Assembly: GCF_001194135.2 (NCBI RefSeq)
Contig: NC_069000.1
Coordinates: 46,063,496-46,103,102 of the forward strand
Length of the DNA: 39,607 nt
Direction of reading: 5' to 3'
Source of the DNA: Octopus bimaculoides
Lineage: Eukaryota
In this document: piece after piece, positions 25,562 through 38,192 of the stretch
Layout: every line of letters begins with the position of its first letter
Numbering within the stretch: position 1 is the stretch's first letter
Notes under the pieces: generated by a model
Told to the model about the DNA's origin: nothing
Database searches by the model: none
Seen by the model: only the letters and a program-made list of their open reading frames with translations
Position numbers and translations under genes: made by a program

Positions 25562-26362
25562 CATACATACCTACATACATACATACATACATATAATATA
25601 CGAGAGATTAAGTGAGGGATAAAGTAATGGGGGTGGAAAGGGGTGAATAGGTGGATAAGGACAAGCCATTAAATGTCTGCTTGTGTGTTTCGAGAGAAGC
25701 GTGTACAAATATTACTTGTCATGGCGACCAACCGAAGGAATAAAACGAGGAGACAAAAACAAGAATAAGTTTGCTTGTGTGTACTTGTATATCATAAATT
25801 AATGAGCAAAAGCTGTGTGTAGATCTTATTAAATAGTTGTTTCGTGCGAACTAAAATCATGGAAGCTTATTTTTTTTGTTGCTTCTTACAAACAATAACA
25901 AATATATTCCCAGCAATAGAGAGAACAGCATATTCTCCTAACCATTCTCAGCCGCCATGTTCTCTCATCAAAACGTATTTTGTTTTCCAAGCTCTGTGAG
26001 AATATATGGAGGACATTTGTCTTCAGCCGTTTGGACTACCGCTCTTAACTGTGGCTGCCCCACTGTGTCAAATTAATGGTGGAACTTGAGGTAGTTCAGC
26101 GGTGTTACACCAGGAGGATTCCATCAATGGAACAGCTGAGTTACTGGGGAAGATTGAAAGGGCTTCGGCTTCGTTCCCTGGAATGAATACGGGAGAGATA
26201 ATCAGTGATATATCTATGAATGGTCCTGGAGAGGTTGGCACCGAATTTTGACATCGAACGCTATATCAGCCCCCGAACTGCATTGTTCTAAAGATCGCAG
26301 CTATTCCGTCTAGAATGAGGACCATGTCCTACAATAGCTTGTGCGCGTGTGTGGTGTGCAGT

Positions 26363-26423
<61 letters not shown>

Positions 26424-28608
26424 NNNNNNNNNNNNNNNNNNNNNNNNNNNNNNNNNNNNNNNNNNNNNNNNNNNNNNNNNNNNNNNNNNNNNNNNNNNNN
26501 NNNNNNNNNNNNNNNNNNNNNNNNNNNNNNNNNNNNNNNNNNNNNNNNNNNNNNNNNNNNNNNNNNNNNNNNNNNNNNNNNNNNNNNNNNNNNNNNNNNN
26601 NNNNNNNNNNNNNNNNNNNNNNNNNNNNNNNNNNNNNNNNNNNNNNNNNNNNNNNNNNNNNNNNNNNNNNNNNNNNNNNNNNNNNNNNNNNNNNNNNNNN
26701 NNNNNNNNNNNNNNNNNNNNNNNNNNNNNNNNNNNNNNNNNNNNNNNNNNNNNNNNNNNNNNNNNNNNNNNNNNNNNNNNNNNNNNNNNNNNNNNNNNNN
26801 NNNNNNNNNNNNNNNNNNNNNNNNNNNNNNNNNNNNNNNNNNNNNNNNNNNNNNNNNNNNNNNNNNNNNNNNNNNNNNNNNNNNNNNNNNNNNNNNNNNN
26901 NNNNNNNNNNNNNNNNNNNNNNNNNNNNNNNNNNNNNNNNNNNNNNNNNNNNNNNNNNNNNNNNNNNNNNNNNNNNNNNNNNNNNNNNNNCATCGAAGCA
27001 TCAGACTCTTACCCCCAAACGTCACTGTTTTCGTCGTGTAACGTGGATCGTTTCTCTTTCTATTGAGCGAGATTTTGTCAGAAGACCTTCAGAAAAGCGA
27101 AAACTTTTGCACAGCCACTTTTGGTGATCGTCTCGCATCTTCCCCTCTTATTCAGAATCCCTGCTATAAAATATAATGATTAGGTATGGAAATGAATCCA
27201 ATAGGGCCAATGTTTCATCTGTAAAAAACGCATTGCGAAACATCCATTTATAAGTTGGCAATTAGTAGAAATTTACAATAGTTTAAAGTGGCCGAAGACT
27301 TTTGTGCGGCACTGAATGTGAATTTTCTGGCGATGAAGAATCGATTGTTGTATCATGAGAATAATTCTTAACTGAATGATTTGACATGGGTAAGATAACT
27401 TGAGCTTCGCAACCCATTTTATGTTGCTGCCTAATCTAAGGAGCGAGTGTCAGGCTTCTTACATGACGAACATCCTGATTTGTCACATTTAACAGCTTTT
27501 TGATGATGAGTATTTATCTTGTGACTACAATTGTAACTGATTTTCACAGAATAATTATTGAAAATTTTCCTGTATCAATGATTAACCGGAAATGTTTATC
27601 TAAAAGGATCAAGAATGTCTTACCTTCATCGGATTTAACAATTAAGAGTAAAAAAAAAAAAGGGAATGCGAACCAGGGAATGTGTACTAAATTCGCTCAG
27701 AAGTGAATGGTCAGAACATTTGTAAAAGACACTTGTTGCGAAGATACCGCGTAATGGGAGTGAACCTAAAACCACGTAACTGTGAACCGAACTTCGTAAC
27801 CACACAACTATGCATCATAAAGACGAAAAAAAATTGCAAAGATTAATCTCACCATTTTTGCTGTATCGAACCAGACAAGGTGGCACCTGGTGAGATTTAA
27901 ACCGAGGCCGTCAAGGGAGGTAATAAAAAATCTCCTCCAGCCGGATAGTCGAGCAGTCGTCATCTAATTCTACCCGCCCCCGTTATCTTTCCTACTTTAT
28001 ATTCTAAGCCGCCATATTCTATCAATTGATCACATATCATTGGACAAGCTTAAGCCATCTTTAGCATGACATCTCAACAATAATCACTAAAGATCTCATC
28101 CAATAATTAATTATTCCGTTCACGTTCATTTATTTCTGATGTAATTGCTTTCGTTTCTCTTTATTTTATTTTATGTTATTTTATCCTATATTCATTTTTC
28201 ACTCAAATTCGCAGTTTTTGTCATCCTTCTTTTTCTCTCCTTATTATTTTCTGTTATTTAATTTTCACTCGTCTCTCTGCCTTAACCATCTACTACGGCG
28301 AAAATTATACGAACGGTAAGACATTCATGAAGGGACGCTATGATACATGAACGCTACGATAGATTCAAAGTACACAGGCAATAACAACCACGTGACTTCT
28401 GATTTCGATCGTCATTTATTTATTTATTCGAGAAAAATGGTATTAAAAATGTTATGCCTACGAAGCCATTTCTTTATGTGTGCGTGTGTGCATCTATGTG
28501 TGTGCATGTGTATGTAAACTATCTATCTGCCATATCTGTCTGTTCGTCTGTCTATCCGTCTGTCTGTCTCTATGTCTATGTATCTGTACATATCAACGTG
28601 CATCTATA

Positions 28609-28647
<39 letters not shown>

Positions 28648-29546
28648 CGATCACGATTGCTATTCATGTCACCATGGAAGGGCAACAGAGGTAGGTTCTG
28701 TGTAAAACATCGATCATTATAATGGAGGGGAGAAAGAGAGATAGAGAGAAAGAGAGAAAGAGAGAAAGAGAAAGAAAGATACAGAAAGAGGGGGTGAGAG
28801 AGAGAGAGAGAGAGATACAGTGACTTTATTAATATATTTTACCATTTCTATTAGCAATTATTCCATTCCCAAATGTCAAAAGTATTGCCTTCTACTTGAA
28901 TATCGCAATATAAGCATGTATGGCCGTATATAAATGTATAACTTGTATGTGTGTCTTTCATACGCATGTTTGTGTGTGTTTGCTTTCATATATATGTATG
29001 TGTATTTATACATATATATGATTATGTGCATATTATGTATATATATACATAGAAACAAACAAACATACGTAACTATATATGTGTGTTTGAGTGTGTTTTT
29101 ATGAAAATCGGTAGACGTTCATATAGACGAATGTTTTTGTATAGATGATGTCACACACATAAAAACCTACACACAGACAGACGTACATACACACACAAAC
29201 ACACACACACATAAATACATATGCGTATATATACATTTTTATAACATGGGGCAATAATCGCGTAATATATGCGCGTACACACATACATATATACACTTAT
29301 GTATATATTGAACCATTATTGTTCCGACTTGAAGATCATCGTTCAGAACACCACCCTCGCCCCCACACTACCACATCACCAATTACTGTCATACCTCCAT
29401 CAACACCCCTACCGGCCACTTCTCCACCACCTGCTACACCACTCCACTATCCAGGCAGATCAGACAAACCAATACAGATTTGTGTGTATATATATGTATG
29501 CTTGTATGCAGGTGTATGTGTCCGCGTGTGTGTGTACATATATATG

Positions 29547-29579
<33 letters not shown>

Positions 29580-31909
29580 AAATATTTTTTCCTATATCGA
29601 AAAGATGGAAACATCTATAGCGACCAATGCCAATTTCAGAATGGTAAGGTACTAATGATCAGAGAAGAACCAACAATAAGCACTAGTACATNNNNNNNNN
29701 NNNNNNNNNNNNNNNNNNNNNNNNNNNNNNNNNNNNNNNNNNNNNNNNNNNNNNNNNNNNNNNNNNNNNNNNNNNNNNNNNNNNNNNNNNNNNNNNNNNN
29801 NNNNNNNNNNNNNNNNNNNNNNNNNNNNNNNNNNNNNNNNNNNNNNNNNNNNNNNNNNNNNNNNNNNNNNNNNNNNNNNNNNNNNNNNNTATATATATAT
29901 ATATATCCATATACTTATTTGTTTATTTATATATGCTAAAGCTTATCAAATAAGTCTATCTATTGTTTCAGGAACTAACGTTCACAAAAAGAGCCGAGCA
30001 GATTTCTGTCGAATGCGATTCAAAACGAAAGGTTATGCCAAGTTGTACGCCACGAGTCAACATATCAAGGCCCCGGGAAAGACACTCTATTACTCAGGTA
30101 GGTCAGCTTCGGGCTCGGCCCTTACCGCTCCCGTCACTGCCTCTAAGCATTATGTCATTACTATAACTTAAACATTATTATTATGATCTCTCAAACAGCA
30201 TCGTTGCCCCCACAGTTAAACCCCTATGAAAAATCTTCATTAACCTCTCTAAAATTCTTCCATTCCCAACTCTTAAATGCCATCTTTACCTCACTTAAAT
30301 ACCAGTTCTCCTTTTTAAACACCATTCCTCTCCCAAAACTACGTCGATTATTACCCCATTAAATAATATCATTACCCCACCCCCACTAAACACCAACTTT
30401 ACCTAAACATCGTCACCACTCACTTTTAATCCCAGTTTCACCCTAAACACTTCTTTCCTTTAAACACTTTACCTCGTCCATTATCTCCATTCAGTCCAGT
30501 CAAAAGCCCGTCCTAAACACATCACGACTCTCTCCTAAATACCACCAATGCCCACCCCACCACTAAACACCATCGATACCCCTTCTTAAACACCTTTATC
30601 CCCCCTCCTACCGATCATCAGTTCCCCCTCCTACCGATCATCAGTTCCCCCTCCTACCGATCATCAGTNNNNNNNNNNNNNNNNNNNNNNNNNNNNNNNN
30701 NNNNNNNNNNNNNNNNNNNNNNNNNNNNNNNNNNNNNNNNNNNNNNNNNNNNNNNNNNNNNNNNNNNNNNNNNNNNNNNNNNNNNNNNNNNNNNNNNNNN
30801 NNNNNNNNNNNNNNNNNNNNNNNNNNNNNNNNNNNNNNNNNNNNNNNNNNNNNNNNNNNNNNNNNNNNNNNNNNNNNNNNNNNNNNNNNNNNNNNNNNNN
30901 NNNNNNNNNNNNNNNNNNNNNNNNNNNNNNNNNNNNNNNNNNNNNNNNNNNNNNNNNNNNNNNNNNNNNNNNNNNNNNNNNNNNNNNNNNNNNNNNNNNN
31001 NNNNNNNNNNNNNNNNNNNNNNNNNNNNNNNNNNNNNNNNNNNNNNNNNNNNNNNNNNNNNNNNNNNNNNNNNNNNNNNNNNNNNNNNNNNNNNNNNNNN
31101 NNNNNNNNNNNNNNNNNNNNNNNNNNNNNNNNNNNNNNNNNNNNNNNNNNNNNNNNNNNNNNNNNNNNNNNNNNNNNNNNNNNNNNNNNNNNNNNNNNNN
31201 NNNNNNNNNNNNNNNNNNNNNNNNNNNNNNNNNNNNNNNNNNNNNNNNNNNNNNNNNNNNNNNNNNNNNNNNNNNNNNNNNNNNNNNNNNNNNNNNNNNN
31301 NNNNNNNNNNNNNNNNNNNNNNNNNNNNNNNNNNNNNNNNNNNNNNNNNNNNNNNNNNNNNNNNNNNNNNNNNNNNNNNNNNNNNNNNNNNNNNNNNNNN
31401 NNNNNNNNNNNNNNNNNNNNNNNNNNNNNNNNNNNNNNNNNNNNNNNNNNNNNNNNNNNNNNNNNNNNNNNNNNNNNNNNNNNNNNNNNNNNNNNNNNNN
31501 NNNNNNNNNNNNNNNNNNNNNNNNNNNNNNNNNNNNNNNNNNNNACCACCACCACCACCACCACCACCGTCATCACAACTACAATTCGCGCGTCCCACCA
31601 CGTTTATCATCACAACCATTACCCCCTCCCCATCACCACAGCCTCTTCCTCCCCCTCCGCCGCCGCCTCCACCAGCATTGTACAATATTACATAAAAAAA
31701 AAGACTCCAACAGCAATTTGTAGTGTTTCTAGATCAGTGGCTGCAGTTGTTGCTATGGTTACGTGTTTACACCATAGCAACGGTTGACAGTCAATGTTTT
31801 TGTCCATGACGTCATTCACAATAACACTGACAACAGAAACAACAAGAGCAACATTGTTGGTCACAACAATGAAAGAAACAACAACAATACTATTATTATT
31901 ATTATTATT

Positions 31910-31947
<38 letters not shown>

Positions 31948-31955
31948 TGATAAAG

Positions 31956-32008
<53 letters not shown>

Positions 32009-32057
32009 CGCTACAATTATACTCTGCTTGATTGTGGGTGTGTATGTGTGTATATAG

Positions 32058-32138
<81 letters not shown>

Positions 32139-32165
32139 AACATAATTAAGGGATCAGAAAGCATT

Positions 32166-32209
<44 letters not shown>

Positions 32210-33324
32210 CATGTATGTATGTATGTATACACAGGCACACATACACACGCATGTTTATGTATAAGAAATTGAGATGACGAAGGTAAAAACGGTTATGTTA
32301 TGAACTCCATCACCTTACAGCTGTTTCTGCTATCGGAAGATGTTGACTCATAATTGAGTTTTTGGTTTGTTTATGCTCCTGTAACTTAGCAAATGGGACC
32401 GATAGATAAGTACCAGGGTTTTTAAAAAAATTTAAATAAGTACAGGGATCGATTCTGTCGACTAAAATTCTTTCAGGTAATGCCCTAGCATGCCCGCAAC
32501 CGAATGCCTGAAACATGTAAAAGATAGATGTCTATACCCATCTATCCACTTAACTAGTTAGCTACACACACGTCCGGGCGCGCGTGAGTGATAAACCATT
32601 CTATGACATTCAGATATCACGTGATGTAGAAAGAACCCTCTCTATTCGTCTCCTCCGTCTCGGGGGACCTTTAAAGGGCATGGAAAACTCCTTATTTTCT
32701 CTTAACAAATACATAAAATATTTAAAAATCAGCAAATTATAAAAATTTATCGTATGAAATAGTAAAGTCTATATATAAATACTAGCGGGATCCATGAATA
32801 TTTCATGGAATTAATGGTAAACCCAGTGGGTTATTTCTGAAAACTTTATCCAAAAAAACCTGAAAGCATATCCTCATGTATTGTGTCTGTATGGAAAGAT
32901 AGTCGCTCATCTACTCACTGATAACTGAAAGAAATTGGAATACGATGACCAGTTAAAGCGTTTTATATAGACACTTTACATATACTTTATGCACAATTTT
33001 ATAGATTTAATACACAGCGCTCATAAAATAAATATTCAGTCTTATTTTTCCATTTTTCCCATAAAGAAACAAAGAAAAAAATATCGCGTACATAAGATGC
33101 AACCTTTAGTTAAATTGCATATACCTGCCTCGTAAATAAGCGTGAATATTTCACGGATAGCACTTATGCGCATGCGTTAAGTGATAGGTGATATTAAAAA
33201 AAATTAGCTCAGTTAAAAAAAAGCATACTCTTCACTTATTTACTCACCACCACCACCACTACCACCACCATCATCATCTCTCTCTCTCCATCTCTCTCTG
33301 CCTCCTCTCTCTCAGACAAACACA

Positions 33325-33369
<45 letters not shown>

Positions 33370-34669
33370 ACCTCACCATACTTAAATTATATTTTAAACT
33401 CTCCTCTTCTATATCACTGCCTTCAAATAACTTTTTATTTTGTATTGACAGTGACTTCGAAGATTGGGCCAGCTAAGCTAACGTCGGACTGTGATGACTT
33501 AGCTGGCCGAAACTTCGAAGTCACTGTCAGTACCATTTGGATAAACAACAGGTTTACTTACTTTGATGTACTTTCGTTTGTTTATCTTTGGTTAACAGAA
33601 GAACGAAACAAAGACGAGCACAAAGCGTGGGTTAACACGACAGAGGAGGTTGTGAAGTTCATCAGCAACTCCCCAGAGTATCTGGACGACTATCTCTATT
33701 ATCTTTCACTCACTGTTCCTGTGAACTTTGGTGAAGAAGATCAGATGAAAGTGGCCGAAAAGGTAGGTTAGTTTGGTAGGCACAGCGTTAATACTGCATT
33801 GTGCAAACTTCGCAGTTCTACGTTCGAATCGATCCAAGATCGTTATCTCGCACTTGACGTTTAGGGGAGATGAAAATGTGTAAGGAAACTTAATACAGTT
33901 TAATTTAGGGATGACTAATTAAAATATTAACATAGAAAAGATGTGGGGCAACAGAATAGTTGGTGGGATAACAAAGGTTTAAGTGTGACAACATGGTGGT
34001 ATATTCACACATAGCTACGTACACCCGGTCTGTCCATTCAGCCAAAATATGTGTGAGTGTGTATACTTGGATTGACTCGTTCAACTAAAACCTTTGAAGG
34101 TGGTGCTGCAGCACAATCCATTGGCTGAAACAAGTAAAAGAATAATTGATAAAATGATAATAAAAATGATAGAATATATGAGAGATTTGCTCTATTATTT
34201 AACAAATTTCTGTTATATTTGGCGGATTCTGCATGACTCACCAATTTTAATCTATTTGACTCTTGCAGCAGAGAATCATCAATGAATATGGACCAATCAG
34301 TAAAGAATCGGCCAGGAAACAATACGGTAAGAGCGGTGAGAGTGGGTCTGCCCCGAAAAAGGGTAATGTCGATAACCAACGGAAGTCATCGCAGCAAAAA
34401 GGAAGTAGATATTATAACAACAATAAAAACATTGATGCAGCTCGGGCCCTGGGAGGAGACCGAGGTTATTTCTTGGGTCGCGGGATCGATACCAGAATGA
34501 GTAGCAATTCTAGGCCTACCAATAATCGAAGAATTATCAACGATGCTAATGGTGGCAATGGCGACCGTGCTAATGTCGATTCTTCACAATTTGGTGACTT
34601 TTACGACACTGCTGATGGTGGTGGTGGTGGTGATGATGGTGGTGGTGGAGGTGGTGGTGCTGGTGCTGG

Positions 34670-34700
<31 letters not shown>

Positions 34701-37700
34701 GCTGGTGCTGGCTATACGGGGTTGGATTCTTCGAGGGACTATTCTCAGGACTCACAAGATTATTCTTTATATCCATACCAGCAAAACTCTCAAAATGGTC
34801 AAGACGATACTGGAATCCGTCAAGGTGAACTGCGACAAAATTCGAACAAAAATCGTTACAGAAATTATAGAAACCAATACAGTGATACAGATCGATACAA
34901 TTACGGCAGAATGCGGCAAAAACGAATTGAAAGACAACCGAAAAGAAGCACCCAATCTGACATTACACCAGATGGCGCATGGAAGCGCTCGCAGAAAAAT
35001 ATCCGTCCTTCAACAGCTGAAAACAACATTAGTGGCGAACAAACGTTACAAGAACTGTCTAATATAATTATGAGGCGTAAAAGAGCAATCGCTAAACAAG
35101 TAAAAGACATTAAAACATCTACGAATGAACAAAATGTTTCCCAACAAGAAAGCACACTGCGAGAAAAACGAAGAATCACCAGAGAAATTCGTTCAAAGAA
35201 GCAAAATGAGAAATACTCAGAAAGTAAAATTGTAGAAAATTTGAAAAAATTGTTTTCTTTAAAACGAAATCGGCGCCATATTGGTCCACATGATACGAAA
35301 GGTCTGATGAGACTTATATCAACTGGTTCTTTGGTTCCGTCTAATTTACCTCCAAACCACCCAGACTTCAACCATTCCATCGATATTGTATTTGCTACCT
35401 ATTGGTTTTACCCAGCAGAAACGAGAATTATTTTACCACAAGACAAAAAGTGTATACAACAGAGAATGGATGACCAAAGCATACGTTTTGATCAGACGAG
35501 TAAGTAAAATAAAATGTTTTGTTTTTTAACAATTTCTCATTATTGATTAAGGTTCCTGGATTGGTGGAATAGTCATAGCATCTGATAAAATGCCTTGTCA
35601 GTAATCTGTTAGCTCCTCTACTCTTATTCAATCCATCTCACCTCAAACCGTGCACTAAACTGTTCACTCAACCCTTATTTCCCAGACATTTTCCTCTGAC
35701 ATTTCTAAGCGATTTTCTGCCTATTTCCTCATGGAAATTAATGGAAATTAATTACATTGAGGTACATAAAATTAAATGTTTTAATTCAGAGACAGAACTG
35801 AATTATTTGCATTAGATACGGATTAAATATATCAACAAAACTCTTCTCTCAGAAAAAACGTTAGTCTCTAAACGTCACATTCCTTTTTCCTTTCTCCATA
35901 CGAATTTTTCCAAACTCGTGATATTCATTGTATAATTTTTACCGACGCATTCTCCACCGCTCTCCTCGGACTCTGCTGTGTTTTATTTTTAAAAATACAA
36001 ATAAAACGGTTTTACTACTCACTGCAGACACAAGCGGACAAATAAAACTGTTAAATGATTTAACAGCTGAATAAATATTAAAAAAAACACACAATGCAGA
36101 TATAAAAATAGTGTAGTTTATATTAGGTTCCAAGAAACCACAATAAAGAATGACTTTTCTTGAAGCTGAGAAAATATCAGTGACCTGTCTCTGTAACAAG
36201 GAGGTATTTGTCTATTTGAAAAGTCAACCGGAAGTCTACTGATGTATTTAGTTAACAAAATAGTTAATCCTTGATTTGTTGGTTGTTAATTTTGTTTTGA
36301 TTAATGAAAAGTTTTAAAGTTGATACGTAAGATGTCTGTTTAAATGTTGACCGATCAGGTATCGTCTGCTTTGATGTTAACCGACCACGTATCGTCTGCT
36401 AAAAATGTTGGACGACCAGGTATCGCCTGCTTTAATGCCAGACGACAAGGCATCGTCTGCTTTAATTAATTGTTTGTGGTTATTTATGTATTTATTCGTT
36501 TGTCACCCAATTTTCACAGGTAAATACTATGGCATGGATGACGATGCGTATGAACATGCTATCACTGAAGAATGTTTGCAAGTTCATGGAAAGAAAGAAC
36601 ATCACCACGACAACTATAATCCGTACAATATACCAATGGGACAGATGACACTCTACAGGTGAGAAGATTGAAATTCATATATAAGCGAAGAAACTTTGTG
36701 GCTGCTCTTCAGATTTATTTCGTTTACTCGAAAGAAATCAGTTTTCCGCTTGCATCACAATAAAGAGCGAGATTAAATAAACTCTCTTCGTTCCTTTTCT
36801 CAAAGTCTTAGCTTGAAACATAAGAAATCACATCCTCCTTGTGGCACACAACTTTGTTGTCAACACAAACCATCTTCCAGTGAAAATTTGTTCGTCGTTT
36901 ATGCAACATGTGGAAGTATTACTACATGCATGAATAAAATATAATCTATCACCCATAAGATACATGTAGATGCACAGTCATGTCATTTTGATTAATTCAT
37001 CTTAAATATAATATGTAAGACAAAATGCTATTGATGTTTCGGCAATCAATGCGAAATAGATTTTAGATGCTCGATAAAAGATGTAATACTTTGGACGCTG
37101 TCAGTTAAATATATATTAGCCAGAAATTGATTTTATGGGATCCAGGCTTGCAAACTTTTAAGACATTCAGTCACAAACATATGTGTGTCCGTGCATATAT
37201 ATATATATATATATACCCCACACACATATCATATATACATATATACACATACATATATACATATATGTGTATGTACGTGTGAGTGCGTGTATGCATATAT
37301 ACACACATGTATATATGTATGTATGTATATATATATATATATATATATNNNNNNNNNNNNNNNNNNNNNNNNNNNNNNNNNNNNNNNNNNNNNNNNNNNN
37401 NNNNNNNNNNNNNNNNNNNNNNNNNNNNNNNNNNNNNNNNNNNNNNNNNNNNNNNNNNNNNNNNNNNNNNNNNNNNNNNNNNNNNNNNNNNNNNNNNNNN
37501 NNNNNNNNNNNNNNNNNNNTTATATACGTACATATATGTGTGTGTTCATTACATTATACATTATGCATTAAATGCATATATATACACACATACAGTATAT
37601 ATTTACACATGCACCTGAATGAAATGTAAGCTTTTTTTAATATATTTCTTTTAACGAACAAGACCGATGCCACGATCAGGCAGAGGTAAAAATCTTGATA

Positions 37701-38151
37701 TTTGTGTCGTCCTTATGTATAACTACAGATCCTACACTGTTACTGCGTGGGTTTCTTTTCTGTGTTCTTTTCTTTTTTTTTTTTTTTTTCGCTGTATCGC
37801 TAATTTGTAATCGATGGATCAACGAGACTGTGTAGTCTGCATCTTTTTCTTTTTTGTTTTTTTTTCTTTTTGTGGTTGTCGTCTTTTGCAAATGGCTGGA
37901 TTGAAACGCTAGGGGCGAATGCATCTAGATAACTCATTATGTCTTAGGAAAAATATTACTTGAGATTCGTACGTCCACACACAGACACACACGTACACAA
38001 ACACACACACACGCTCGTGCACAAAGACACACACACACACACACGTAATCTTCGATCTCTTTGTCGCAAGGACATAGAAGTAAAACAATTCGATCAATGA
38101 CGACAATTCATGCAGTGAGTCATCATAACTGAATAAATATTAACTGACTTT

Positions 38152-38192
<41 letters not shown>

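Noticed and set aside
26991-27130. Unique sequence after gap 26424-26990 as the end of the missing exon
   Set aside because: None of the three + frames resembles a propeller blade or ends at a phase-1 donor fitting the next exon.
29963-30166. [16 protein letters not shown]...
   Set aside because: Wrong frame; the true exon 29972-30097 is read in another frame that fits the downstream phase.
33446-33529. Hairpin as a MITE or solo-LTR remnant
   Set aside because: No TA or other target duplication around either candidate end (TG..CA or CAG..CTG) and almost no internal sequence. Not fully excluded without a copy-number search.
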